Part shown: positions 12,257-25,700 of the stretch, in pieces
Layout of the letters: every line of letters starts with the position of its first letter
How positions within the stretch are numbered: position 1 is the stretch's first letter
Source of the DNA: Mytilus californianus
Taxonomy: Eukaryota
Length of the DNA: 64,000 nt
Direction: 5' to 3'
Assembly: GCF_021869535.1 (NCBI RefSeq)
Contig: NW_026262712.1
Span: 11,780,001 to 11,844,000 of the forward strand
Notes under the pieces: generated by a model
Database searches by the model: none
What the model was told of the DNA's origin: nothing
What the model saw: the letters and a program-made list of their open reading frames with translations, nothing else
Position numbers and translations under genes: made by a program

Positions 12257-13914
12257 GGCCGTGTTCACATTGACATAAACTCGGTGTTGTGTTAGTTTAA
12301 TTCACACGTAAACTAAACACAATTCATTCCCATTGATAAAACTTAATGTTTACATGTAGTTTAAATCATGTTTTATCTACATGCAGTCGATAGTCAACGT
12401 AGGCCTTGTGTGGGTTAAGTGTACACAAAACAAGGTATTTAGAACATGAATTTTACCATGTATATTTAAAGAAAAAACGTTTTTTGAATACAATTGATAT
12501 TTATAACAATTATTAATAAAGTTCTTTATCGATTATTTTGTCTTAACTCGATATGTTGCTTTGTTATAAAGAAAAACTTTAGTTAGCTTTAATAACCCCT
12601 TATCAAGACTCAAAGCATCATCATTGCAAAACATATAATTCATTTGAAAATGTGTACCCGAATGGACTAGACTTACACAGAAATATTTGTCACTGGTCTT
12701 TACTCAATCAACGATTCACTCATAAATGCATTAGTAAAAAGAGTGTGCAGTGAATTGTACCCGGTAAATTGAACTTAGAAATAAAAAGCATTAATTTGCA
12801 ATGCACGAACTGTTATTTTTAAGCCAAAGTCGTAGTTGTTAAGAAGTATCTGCATGATAGTATTTGGTCATTGCTCTTGGTCCAAACTCGTGACCGTTTT
12901 ATTCAAGCAAAACTAATGAATTGAGAAAAATGCAAATATGTTTCACCAAATCATTAATTTGCAATAATTTATAAATTTTGAAATATTGCATCTATCTGAA
13001 TGTATGCATTTATATGCCAAATTTGCCCCGCCTACTTGTGAAAAACCTTTGATTCGTCGAAAATCTCTTATATTATTAATAAGTCTTTGACCTCAAGGTA
13101 TACGTATTCGGCTTTAAATGATCCGTCATAATTCTACAAGTTTCATTTGTAATTGTGCAAAACGTCGACCGCCCATCAGCAAACATTCACAACATGTTCC
13201 AACCAGCTGTTACTCCTTTGTTTTTGCCAAATACTCCTTGGAGGAGAAATGCCATTTTAAACAAACAGAAAAGATGGAAATGCAGTAATCCTTCGTTGCT
13301 GCAATATCCTTAACATCTCAATCCATTTTCTGAGTCTGTAAGCACGATGCTGCAGCCAACGTTTTTTTTTGCGTAATCGATACATTTTAAGGGAGCTACC
13401 ATTTGATTTTTAGGGGGCTAGGATGACAAATGTAGTCCTGCATTTTTTTTAGTTGTAATCTCTGTCCTGCTTTTTTTTCACTCTATGCGGTCCTGCCTTT
13501 TTTATTAGTTTATCCTGACTTTTCTAACAAAAATTTTCATCTTGCCTTTTTTTGCCAAGTTACTCATCTTGCCTTTTTATTACTCGAAACTCCTGTTTTG
13601 CCTTTTTTTTAAATTTCATCCTAGCTCCCACCCCCTCTAAAAATCAAATGATAGCTCCTTTAGTATCTTTAAAGTAGTGCAAATCATCAAAATGGCTTTC
13701 ATAACTGCTACAAAAGTTGAACGAGAAATTTGAATTCGATTCTATGTAATGAGCATTAAAATGACATATAGTTTACAAGTGTGAACAAATCTCATGTACT
13801 GGTAGTTAAACCAGGTGTATAGATGTGGACAAATTTAATGTGAAACCAGTGAACATCACATTAAACAAATTGTAAACACGTTTACTGTACATGGCGTTTG
13901 GTGTGAACACGGCC
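12257..13914. mobile_element. Non-autonomous PIF/Harbinger DNA transposon (1658 bp)
   Basis: Perfect 13-bp TIR GGCCGTGTTCACA / TGTGAACACGGCC flanked by TTA on both sides (12254-56, 13915-17). A decayed transposase N-terminus-like segment (PRSIWQKQRSNSWLEHVV…RSTF) lies on the minus strand at ~13090-13260. Confidence 0.8.
13390..13660. mobile_element. MITE nested in the Harbinger element
   Basis: Imperfect TIR AGGGAGCTACCATTTGATTTT… / …AAAATCAAATGATAGCTCCTT, TA on both flanks (context TTAA/TTAG), T-rich internal subrepeats. Confidence 0.7.
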
Positions 13915-14175
13915 TTAGAGTATTTTATCTATTTTAATTGATAAACAATTTATAGAGGTTCACGAAGTCAGAAACAAATTAGAAATAAGATTATATGACA
14001 TCGACGTGCAATGCAGTCAAAACAGCACGCTAGTATTATCTTTTTGATGTTTTTATTCCCAATGCAATGTAGACTTTGCGCTACGCTAAAATATAAGTAT
14101 CAACAAGGTGTTGGTCCACAGTATTCATTCCAAATGCAGTTTGAATGTGGAAATTCAGTACGAGAACATTAATAT

Positions 14176-15621
14176 GAACCCGACTTTGTACTAGACCGAC
14201 ACTCTGATTCATTTTTTTCCACGTGCAATTCACAAGATAACAGTTCACATGGCGACATCATACTCGGAACATTATTATGTCTCCCGACCGACCAATCATT
14301 GCTCTTACTCCTAGATATTGAGCGGATTGATTTTAAAAGGAACGGAACAGATGAACGGACGGAAACAAAAAAACTCAAAAGTATGATATTCCTTTGCTAT
14401 CATAAATAAGCTAACCATTATAATAAATGCCGCTCTAACGTTTAATTACATATTAAAGCTTGTCCTAGAATCAATGCATCTTTGTCATGATAACAAAAAA
14501 AAAAAAAAAAATAAGTGAGTACCAAATTAGATTTATCACCGGGTTTGTACTAACATGAGCAACAAGACGGGTGCACATTGTGGAGCAGGATATGTTTAAC
14601 ATTCCGGAACACCTTAGATACCCGGTTTTTGGTATTGTTGCCCAGTCTTTAGTTTCTATGTTGTGTTTTGTTGTACTATTGTTTGTCTGTTTGTGTTTTA
14701 CTTGTTCAACCATGGCATTGTCAGTGTAACCTTTGCGGATTGGTTTACGTATGTGAAACGAAAGGAAGGCTAAACAAACGTATGTGCAGCCATAGATCAG
14801 ATATCAACCTCAATGCAATCGACATTCTGTACCAGCATTTTAATCAGCCTGATCATTCCATCGTTTCTATGACAGTTCGTATTATCGAAAAAATATACCA
14901 CAAGACTAACAATCCTCAACTTGCAACGCCTCTCCGTAGACAAAAAGAGGACTACTGGATTCGACAATTGGGAACTGCGACACCATATGGTTGCAATGAC
15001 AAAATTGATGGTATAGGTTTTTTTTTATCTAGTCCTTCCTGAAGCTCGGTGAATGTGATGAATATTTTAAACTCTACTCCTCGACGTAGACGCAGTCATG
15101 GTCATCGTCATTATACATCACCTACTTTGCATGATATCTCTATTAATGACTTACTGCCATTTATACAAAAGCCGTTAGGTATTCATCACATTCGAACGAA
15201 ACTTTATTCATTACCCCTTTCAAAACTTCATTGTCTGTTCAATTTATGTTTGGAAACCACTGTTACAAACTCTCATTCAAACCAATACAAACTTACAGCT
15301 ATCATTTCGGATATTGCAAGTCACAGACTTTTCAAACCAGTTTGCATTGGAAAAGATGAAAAAGAGAAAAGATCTTTTCTTAAACTTTCCTTTGCCAACA
15401 AAGGTCTCGATGGCGTCAACTTAGTCAATATCCTTCATCATAAATTAGTTCAGTCGAAAATACCTCCTTATTTTAAAGATCAGTCTGTACCAATAATTTC
15501 TTATAATAAAATTGAGAATGGAAATGGGGAATATGTCAAAGAGACAACAACCCGACCATAGAGCAGACAACAGCCGAAGGCCACCAATTGGTCTTCAATG
15601 CAGCGAGAAACTCCCTCACCC
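14176..15621 (+). repeat. Upstream unit of a tandem duplication (partner 15622-19186) carrying internal deletions
   Basis: 14176-14324 = 15622-15770; 14328-14725 = 16010-16403; 14726-15516 = 18396-19186, all near-identical. Confidence 0.9.
14726..15505 (+). pseudogene. Duplicated fragment of the Naiad-type PLE GIY-YIG endonuclease/linker region
   Basis: CNLCGLVYVCETKGRLNKRMCSHR… GIY-YIG-like motif; near-identical to 18396-19175. Confidence 0.85.
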
Positions 15622-15860
15622 GAACCCGACTTTGTACTAGACCGACACTCTGATTCATTTTTTTCCACGTGCAATTCACAAGATAACAGTTCACATGGCG
15701 ACATCATACTCGGAACATTATTATGTCTCCCGACCGACCAATCATTGCTCTAACTCCTAGATATTGAGCGCTTAGTAAAGAGATTGTCAATCTCTAAGTT
15801 GAACCCGCCGATGATCAAACTCAAGACTTGACACACTCGAGGCGAGCAAGATACAGAATA
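15622..15860 (-). mobile_element. Decayed tRNA-headed SINE (partial copy 14176-14324; possible diverged copy ~63060-63250)
   Basis: The minus strand reads ttgctcgcctcgagtg…gagtttgatc (A/B-box-like head), then a body ending ggtctagtacaaag, resembling a common bivalve SINE from memory. Confidence 0.5.
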
Positions 15861-17022
15861 ACCACCGATTTTGAAGAGAGTTGTATGTAGATATATATTA
15901 AAACATTTTAAACAAGAACATATGCATAATATCACACCGTGTTCCCTCACATTCTCACATCTCCATGTTTAGCAAATCACATAATACGGGAAAGTCTTTA
16001 TTAAGTGTATGATTTTAAAAGGAACGGAACAGATGAACGGACGGAAACAAAAAAACTCAAAAGTATGATATTCCTTTGCTATCATAAATAAGCTAACCAT
16101 TATAATAAATGCCGCTCTAACGTTTAATTACATATTAAAGCTTGTCCTAGAATCAATGCATCTTTGTCATGATAACAAAAAAAAAAAAAAAAGTGAGTAC
16201 CAAATTAGATTTATCACCGGGTTTGTACTAACATGAGCAACAAGACGGGTGCACATTGTGGAGCAGGATATGTTTAACATTCCGGAACATCTTAGATACC
16301 CGGTTTTTGGTATTGTTGCCCAGTCTTTAGTTTCTATGTTGTGTTTTGTTGTACTATTGTTTGTCTGTTTGTGTTTTACTTGTTCAACCATGGCATTGTC
16401 AGTCTATAATTTCTTGTTAAGTTAAAATGTCTCAACACAGATAATCCATCCATTAACGAATACTTCATGATTCAATCGTGCTTGATGTATCAGGAAATCA
16501 ATTATTAGACGAGGAGTTTCGAAATCATCTGCAGATTTCATTATCGCATCTCAAAAACCATCTAAATTCAAATAATGCAGTATTTCATCAGCGAAATGTT
16601 AAGCTTCAGCTTTCTGATATTTGATCAAACATTACTCATGAGGTAAAATTTTTAAGTAAGTTTTATAACAATGATAGGCACAATTCAGTCGATAATGCTT
16701 TTGTACGAATTTTCAGTTTGCATATTTACTTTGAACAAGCTACCTTACTACGCATGCCTTCGAACATATTTCAGATGCGCAGGATAAAGGTCATTCTTAA
16801 AATGTAAGCCTCGAAAGATATAGAAATCCTAGTGGTAGTCAGACAGACACACCATTTTAGTTTTGGACTATTTTGGTTGACACAAACTTGCTTCAGTTAT
16901 GGCAGACTTGTATTGAACAGGTGTTCAAATGCAATGGTCAAGGTTACTATAGATCTATGTTCTAGTGGTTCAATTTTGTTGTTTGAAACGATAATACTAC
17001 CTTAAATTGAGAATGGAAATGG

Positions 17023-17830
17023 GGAATATGTCAAAGAGACAACAACCCGACCAAAGAACAGATAACAGCCGAAGGCCAACCAATGGGTATTCAACGCAGC
17101 GAGAAAACCTCGCATCCGGAGGCGTGCTCCAGCTGGTCCCTAAATACAATGATGCACTTGTTCAGTGAAAATGGACATCATACTAAACTCTTAAACGTAT
17201 AAATAAACTAAGATTAAAAAACATACAACACCAATTAAGGTCAGAGGCTTCTGACTTGGGACAGGCGCAAAATTCGGTGGGTTAAACATGTTTAGTGAGA
17301 TCTCAACCCTTCCCTTATACCTCTAGCCAATGTAGATTAAAGAAACACACAGCAATACGCATAGTAAAACTCAGTTAAAAAAGTCCGAGTCCGATGTCAG
17401 AATAGGTAACAAAAGATACTAAGCAAAATGACAATGATACATAAATTAACAAAGGACTGCTAGCAGTAACTAACATGCCAGCTCCAGACCTCAATTAAAC
17501 TGACTGAAAAATTATGTCTTCATCATATGAAAATCAAGCATAATCCCTCCCGTTAGGTATTTAGTATCATACGATCATAAAATGTATGAGAAGAACATAA
17601 CTCGTATCTTGCCAACAACTGGTTTTAGAATAAATGTGTTTATTTCCGATGCAAAGACCCTATGAGTGAATCGATATTAATACCAAAATGTGCAATCCTT
17701 AATTTTCCGACAAAAGTAACGTAACTATATCCCTTCTGAATAGGTCTATTTAAAGGTTTGGTTAGCTTTTGAGGTGAATGCCGACATTTTTATGTATAAT
17801 TCACCAATCACAAATAACTCAAATTATTTT
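17023..17830 (-). mobile_element. 3' fragment of a second PLE subfamily; its 3' UTR is the abundant R2 repeat (aaattgagaatggaaatgggg…), also at 15509-15621, ~34420-34545, ~40940-41045
   Basis: Minus-strand remnant KCRHSPQKLTKPLNRPIQKGYSY…FGINIDSLIGSLHRK* (~17640-17790) resembles a PLE ORF C-terminus and is followed by the R2 sequence. Confidence 0.55.
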
Positions 17831-17844
17831 GATAGCTTTGCTAT

Positions 17845-20800
17845 ACTGTCCCTCTGGTATCTTTTGTCCCTCTTTCATAACCACTTGGTCGATGTCTCTG
17901 CTAGTGAACATTTTGTCCCTGAGAACATCATCCGCCTAGTAGCAAAATTGCATGAATTTACGAAGATCTAACAGGATACTGGCTCGGACGTCGCCCAGTA
18001 GCAAAATTGCATGAATTTACGAAGATCTAACAGGATACTGGCTCGGACGTCGCCCAGTATAAAAAGGTCCGAAACAGACGTCAGTCCATGGTGTCCCCTC
18101 ATCTCCAGACATGACAAATATCACAAACATGACTCATTCAGATCATCATACTAGTGACAATAGCAATAGTACACATACACAGCCATGTTCAGTTCTTCTT
18201 AAAGACATTTAGGATTTTGATGACTCTGAACAGCACTGTCTCATTTCGAAATGTGGAACAAATGGCTGCAAAACTTGTGAAATTTTAATAACAGATGCTC
18301 AATTCACTAGCAATTTAACTGAAAAGTCTTATTTTACTAAAAGTTACGATGATATGAATTGTGTAAATCTATAAATGTCGTCTACGGATTAGAGTGTAAC
18401 CTTTGCGGATTGGTTTACGTATGTGAAACGAAAGGAAGGCTAAACAAACGTATGTGCAGCCATAGATCAGATATCAACCTCAATGCAATCGACATTCTGT
18501 ACCAGCATTTTAATCAGCCTGATCATTCCATCGTTTCTATGACAGTTCGTATTATCGAAAAAACATACCACAAGACTAACAATCCTCAACTTGCAACGCC
18601 TCTCCGTAGACAAAAAGAGGACTACTGGATTCGACAATTGGGAACTGCGACACCATATGGTTGCAATGACAAAATTGATGGTATAGGTTTTTTTTTATCT
18701 AGTCCTTCCTGAAGCTCGGTGAATGTGATGAATATTTTAAACTCTACTCCTCGACGTAGACGCAGTCATGGTCATCGTCATTATACATCACCTACTTTGC
18801 ATGATATCTCTATTAATGACTTACTGCCATTTATACAAAAGCCGTTAGGTATTCATCACATTCGAACGAAACTTTATTCATTACCCCTTTCAAAACTTCA
18901 TTGTCTGTTCAATTTATGTTTGGAAACCACTGTTACAAACCCTCATTAAAACCAATACAAACTTACAGCTATCATTTCGGATATTGCAAGTCACAGACTT
19001 TTCAAACCAGTTTGCATTGGAAAAGATGAAAAAGAGAAAAGATCTTTTCTTAAACTTTCCTTTGCCAACAAAGGTCTCGATGGGGTCAACTTAGTCAATA
19101 TCCTTCATCATAAATTAGTTCAGTCGAAAATACCTCCTTATTTTAAAGATCAGTCTGTACCAATAATTTCTTACAATAAAATTGAGGATTATGCCAGGCA
19201 ATGGGCTAAACGCGAGAAAGAAGAAGTAGATACTCTTTCCGAATGGATTAAGGCTGTTAGGTCGTTGATACAAATCCGAATTAAGAAACTAAATGGGTCT
19301 ATCAATACCCACGCTACGTCAATTTTTAAAGACCCAAATGTTTAAAAACACTTGGCCTACCTCGATGACAAATATGTTGTTTGCCCCGCAGATAAAACCC
19401 CAAACAACATCGTTTTTGTGTGTAAATATCATTACATAAACTGCTTGATAAATGAATTAGGTATTGACAATTCATTTGGAAAATCAACATATACCCTCAC
19501 GACACTTACCAATGAGGAAATCCTAGATAATCATAGGTCTGTTCTATGTTCCTTTCGAATTTCAACCAAAGATGAAGAACTGGATCTTCCATCACTGTAT
19601 TGGATACCTAAACTACATAAGTGTCCTTACAAACAACGGTATATTGCTGGATCTTCCCAGTGCTCCACGAAACCTCTTTCTAAATTATTAACATCTATTT
19701 TATCAGCAATCAAATCCGGGCTCCAAAGTTATTGTGAAACTGCCTATTCTAGAGGTGGCATGAATCAGATGTGGATACTAAAAAATTCCAAAGATCGTTT
19801 AGAGTACATAAAATATAAGACTCTCTCATCTTGCAATAGTATTAAAACATTTGACTTTTCTACACTTTACACAAGTATTTCCCATTCCAAACTAAAAGAC
19901 AAATTGAAAGAGTTGGTATTACTTTGTTTCATTAAAAAGAATGGCGAACGTAGATACAATTATCTTGTCTTGGGGAGGGATAAATACTACTTTGAAAAGA
20001 ATCACTCTGATTCAAACAACAAATTCTCTGAAACTGACATTATCAAGATGCTTGATTTCTTGATTGACAACATATTTGTTACGTTTGAAGGACGTGTTTT
20101 TCAACAGACTGTCGGAATTCCAATGGAAACCAATTGTACCCCTCTTCTTGCCGACTTGTTTCTTTATTATTATGAGGCTGACTTTATACAGGAACTTCTT
20201 AGGAAGAAAGATAAGAAGTTAGCAATATCCTTTAACTTTACGTTCCGCTATATAATGTTCTCTCACTAAATAATACAAAATTTTGTGACTATGTTGAACG
20301 AATCTATCCTATCGAACTAGAGATAAAGAATACTACAGATACAGTTAAGTCTGCCTCATATCTTGACTTACATCTAAAAATTGACAATGAGGGTCGGTTG
20401 AAAACAAAACGTTACAACAAAAGAAATGATTTCAGCTGCCCAATTGTGAATTTTCCATTTCTATGTAGCAACATTCCAGCAGCGCCTGCATACGGAGTAT
20501 ATATCTCCCAATTGATACGATATTCCCGGGCTTGTATTTCCTATCATGATTTCCTTGATAGAGGATTGCTGCTCACAAGGAAGCTATTAAAACAAGAGTT
20601 CCAAATGGTGAAGTTGAAATCATCCCTTCGTAAATTTTACAGACGCCATCACAAGTTGGTTGACCGTCATGGAATAACCGTTTCGCAGATGATATCGGAT
20701 ATGCTCCTTATGTCGTAACTACAATATCCTTCCCTTTTCACGAATGTGACCTACCGAAGTAGACTATTTACCAGATTTGTAATAACATAAGCAACACAAC

Positions 20801-21018
20801 GGGTGCTACATGTGGAGCAGGACCTGCTTACCCTTCCGGAGCACCTGAGATCACCCCCAGTTTTGGAGGGGTTCGTGTTGCTTAGTCTTTAGTTTTCTAT
20901 GTTGTGTCATCTGTACTATTATTTGTCTGTTTGTCTTTTTACTTTTGGCCATGGCGTTGTCAGTTTGTTTTCGATCTATGAGTTTGACTGTCCCTCTGGT
21001 ATCTTTCGTCCCTCTTTT
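17845..21018 (+). mobile_element. Decayed, near full-length Penelope-like retroelement with permuted order (N-terminal GIY-YIG, C-terminal RT; Naiad type)
   Basis: Cys-rich CGTNGCKTC and VVYGLECNLCGLVYV endonuclease motifs precede RT motifs (YWIPKLHK, FDFSTLYT, GIPMETNCTPLLADLF). A 31-bp direct repeat at both ends (17845-75, 20987-21017; 1 mismatch) is pseudo-LTR-like. Several stops and frameshifts. Confidence 0.88.
17938..18059 (+). repeat. Perfect 59-bp tandem duplication in the PLE 5' region
   Basis: agtagcaaaattgcatg…gacgtcgccc occurs twice with period 59. Confidence 0.95.
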
Positions 21019-22788
21019 GCTACTTAGGCTCGTATGCTATGAATGACCTTCATCTTGCACGTGGGATTTTAGATCAATGAAGATTCAGAAAACATCTTTT
21101 CAAATATAATGTTAAAATAAAAAACAAATAATGTTTTTATATGCATATTTTATTTTTCTATTTTTTAATTTATAATTTTGATAGGACAAAAAAATTAGAT
21201 ATTATATTAAGTAGTATATATAGACATTAAAGAAGTAAGAAAGAAGGACAATAGGTCGAGATTGTGGCTGTTTATTCATTATTAATGGTGAATATGCATG
21301 ATATAAAACAACAACAAAAAAACAATTTATAAAATCTGGCAAATGTTATAACCAAAAACAAATCCTTCAATCGTAACTCTTCACTTGAATTACATAAAAA
21401 AAATCCATCATTAACACTGTATAAGCAACATAAATATATTCATTTTCAAGCATCATTCAAACATCACTTAAATAATAAATTTATCTTTTTAACATTGTAT
21501 AATCGATCCATATATGATCTCTAATCCCAGTAGATATAAAAAAATAATCTTAGTATGTTAACAATATAAATGGGAAGACGTGATGACAATGAGACAACAA
21601 TCCAACAAATTCCTAGTGGAGTTCATTTAATAGTTGTAATAAGCAATTCTAATAGAACAAATAAATTTGTTGTTCTCTCAATACATTCTTCGAATGATGT
21701 AAACTTTCTCTTTATACCATACATGATTGCACCATAACATTATCTTTCCCCAAACAGCATGCACTATACACCGTTCCCCCTTCCGTTTCCTATTTCAATC
21801 ATTCGCAATTCCCAACATTAAAATCATTTATCATAATGTAAAGTTTATGAGAGAATCCAAAGTTTAGTAGAATAAATATAATATAATATAAAATTAAAAA
21901 AATGCAATATTCAACATGCACTATACGCTATTCCCAATGGAACATACACAATACATCATGACACTATGGTACCATAAACATCCTTTTTAAGTTTACATCT
22001 GTATTTCTGGAATATTTACCAAAACATTTGCTTCAGTATTAAAATTTCTTTTCCGTTTAACAGCAAACCTATATACGAAATGGAATGCCTAGTTGTTTGA
22101 TGTTCAACGAATATTTTTTTTCCTTTTCCTTTATTAAAAAAAAAATTATTAATAACTTAAAATATGTTATTTTTTCCAGGAGTGTTTCAATAACTAGAGT
22201 GCCAATTCATCTCAACATGGAGTTCGATATTGTTCTTCATATATTGAATGGGTTAAATGGATAAAAGTTAAGATAATGATGTGTATCTGTTTCTTGTAAT
22301 AGATATCTGATTATACCTTTATTGCAAATACTTTCACCAAAATATATAACAAACAGTTCACTTTTATTTACTCCCTTGGTAATTGGAGGCATGGGACGAT
22401 GAAGCTAAAATATTTTCCAAATATTCACGTTGAATTACTTGAAATTAAGATTATTTTTTTTCCATTTCGTCGTGCATCGTCAGTTTGCATATGATTGAGT
22501 CTCCAGTGTTCCCATTGCAGATCTCTGAAATTGACAATATTGTTCAATCAAAACAAAACATATTTTCTGTATGTTAATGATTCTAGTATGAATCTAACTT
22601 TAAATCTAATAAACTAATGATTTGCGAATGTATGCATAAATCCTCGTAGCATCAAAACCGATAAAAAAAAATATCTCCCTAAATATCAATTGACACGATA
22701 TTTTATCTGTATTCATTTTAGTTCGTAATGTTTAGTTTCGTGTGTATATAACTGTATATCCTACAACTCATTTATTATAGACACTATG

Positions 22789-25700
22789 TCATGGTGACCC
22801 CTTTTGACCAATTTCACAAGCCAATAAAAGAGGGTACTCACAACCAATGTCACATGCAGTATAATCTGCGCCTGTGTCTACCAACATTCTTACTATCTGT
22901 GCACGATTCATTCTAAAAGCCATCATTACAGGTGTATTTCCATAAATATCACATTTATTGTAATCTGATCCTATTTCCAGCAACATCCTGACTATTTCTG
23001 TATGTCCATATCTACTAGCCATTAATAAAGATGACTGACCCCAGATGTCACATTTATTATAATCTGATCCGTTTTCTAACAACATCCTTACTAATTGTAT
23101 ATGTCCATATAAACAGGACATCAGCAAAAGTGATTGATCCCGACTCTCACATTTATTATAGTCGCCTTCTATGTCTATTAACATCTTAAGTATTTCTTTT
23201 TTGCCATATTCACAAGCTGTCATGACAGGTGACTTATCAATATTGTTACGCTTAGTTACATCTGCTCCAATTTCTAACAAAAATCTTACTATTTCTTTGT
23301 GTCCAAAGCAACAACTAATCATAACAGATGAATTTCCATCATTGTCACATTTATTATAATCTGCTCCTTTGTCTATCAAAATCCTTACTATTTTTGTGTG
23401 TCCATATCTACAAGCCATCATCAGAGGTGATTGTCCATTATTGTCACATTCATCAAAATCTGCACCTTTGTCTAACAACATTCTAACTATTTCTGTATGA
23501 CCGAATATAGCAGCATTCATGATAGGGGACTGACCTAAATTGTTACATTTCCTATAACCTACTCCTTTGTCTATCAACATTTTAACTATTGTTATATGTC
23601 CATTTCTACAAGCCATCATCACAGGTGATTGACCCCAACTCCCACATTTATTAAAATCTCCTCCTCTATCCAAAAGCATCCTGGCTATGTCTGACTGACC
23701 TTTTTCACATGCAATCATTATAGACGACTGATCCCACTTTATACATTTATTGCAATCTGCTCCTTTGTCTAGTAATATTTTCACTATTTCTGCATGACCA
23801 TACCCCGAAGCCTTCATTAAAATAGAATTTCCCATATTATCACATTTATTACAATCTACTCCCTTTTCACACAACATCTTCACTATTTCATTTTGTCCAT
23901 ACATACTAGCTAACATAACTGATGACTGGCCATATATGTCACACTTATCATAATATGTATCTTTGTTTAACAACATTCGTACTATTTCTGTATGACCAAG
24001 TCCAGCAGCAATCATTACAGGTGACTGACCAAATTTGTCACATTTATTATAATCTGATCCTTTTTTAACAGCATTCTTACTAGTTCTGTATGACCACCTC
24101 TACAACTCATCATCACATGTGACTCACCAGTACTGCACCATTTGTTAAAATCATCTCCGTTGTCTATCAACATCCGTACTATTTCTGCATGCCCATGTCC
24201 AGTAGCAGCCATTAAAGGTGAATTCCCGAGATTGTCACATTTATCATAATCTGCTCCTTTTTCTAACAACTTCCTCACTATATCTGTATAACCACATGTA
24301 GAGGCCATCATTAGAGGTGATTGACCATAATTATTACATCGCTTAACGTCGACACCAAAATTGCAACACCATTTAAACAATGCAATATCTCCTATAAAAC
24401 AACAATGTTGCATGACAGTGTCAAATGCAACACCCATATAAACATCACTCATAGTCCATAATGTTTTATCCTCACAAGTATGCGCTAGTTGCTTCTGGTA
24501 AGATTTATCCAATGTTTTCAAATAATATAGGAGTTTCTGTCTAAACTGATGTATCGTGATATTGATATTTTTAAATACAACTTGTAATTTTCACTTTGAC
24601 CAGTCTTCAGTTATTCTCTGTATGTACATTTCATGATACTCGGTAGGCACAATAGTAATTAAATGATCTATGTCGTCTTTTCTTTCGAATAAAAATCGTG
24701 TCTTGATCAAATGACTGTCAGCATTCTGGATTAAGCAATGGATTATTTTTTGTCCAAAGTAGTAAACAAGAAATTCAAATATTTTAATGAAATTAGTACC
24801 GTTTATGTTATAATCATCTGTTGTTCTATAAAAGCTCAAAACAATATTTTCTGTATTATTGGTATAACATGGGTCAGTTACTTTCGATAAAAATATATTC
24901 AAGAGTGAATCAAACGCTTCCTTTAAAATAAGTCGTGATGTCCCTCTGTCCAATTTACATGCCTTGCAAGTGTTCTCAATAATGGTTTTTGTTTCTTCGT
25001 TAAACTCTTTAGTCAATATTTCTTCATACACCTTGTTATTGAATACAACACATAATGCCAACGCACAGTATTTAGATTTATTATTTTCTACAATTTTGTC
25101 TATTAACATCATTACTATTTCTGTATAACCTTGTTTGCATGCAATAAATAAAGGTTTTTTATGATGTAAACTATCATATTTATCATAGTCTGCACCTTCC
25201 TGTAACAACATTCTAACTATTTCTTTATAACCTCTAATACAAGCAATCAAAACTGGTGACTCACCAACCGTGTTACAATTATCATAATCTGCTCCTTTGT
25301 CTATCAATATTCGTGCTATTTCTGTATGACCATGTTTACAAGCCATAATTAAAGGTGACCTTCCATAAGATCCACATTGATTAATATCAATATCATGATT
25401 ACAACACTACTTGACCATTTGAATGTCTCCAATCGAACAACAATGTATCATGACAGTGTCACAAATATCTATTTTATTCCAACTCTTCCTAGCTTTATTT
25501 TCATCAATATCACATGTATTTACTAGTTTGTGCTGGTAACATAGATCAAATGTATTAAGATAATAAAGGAATTTCAGTCTGAACTGCCTTATCTTCATGT
25601 TTATGTTATTAAAAACATCTTGTAACTTCCCCTTTGACCAGTCATCAATAATTCTCTGCATGTATAGTTGATGATACTTGGTTGGCACAAAAGTAAATAA

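Noticed and set aside
14169-16391. Short ORFs 14169-14378, 14471-14713, 15501-15707, 16167-16391 (also 34408-34671, 40894-41216)
   Set aside because: They lie within SINE or PLE 3' UTR repeats and recur only because the repeat recurs.
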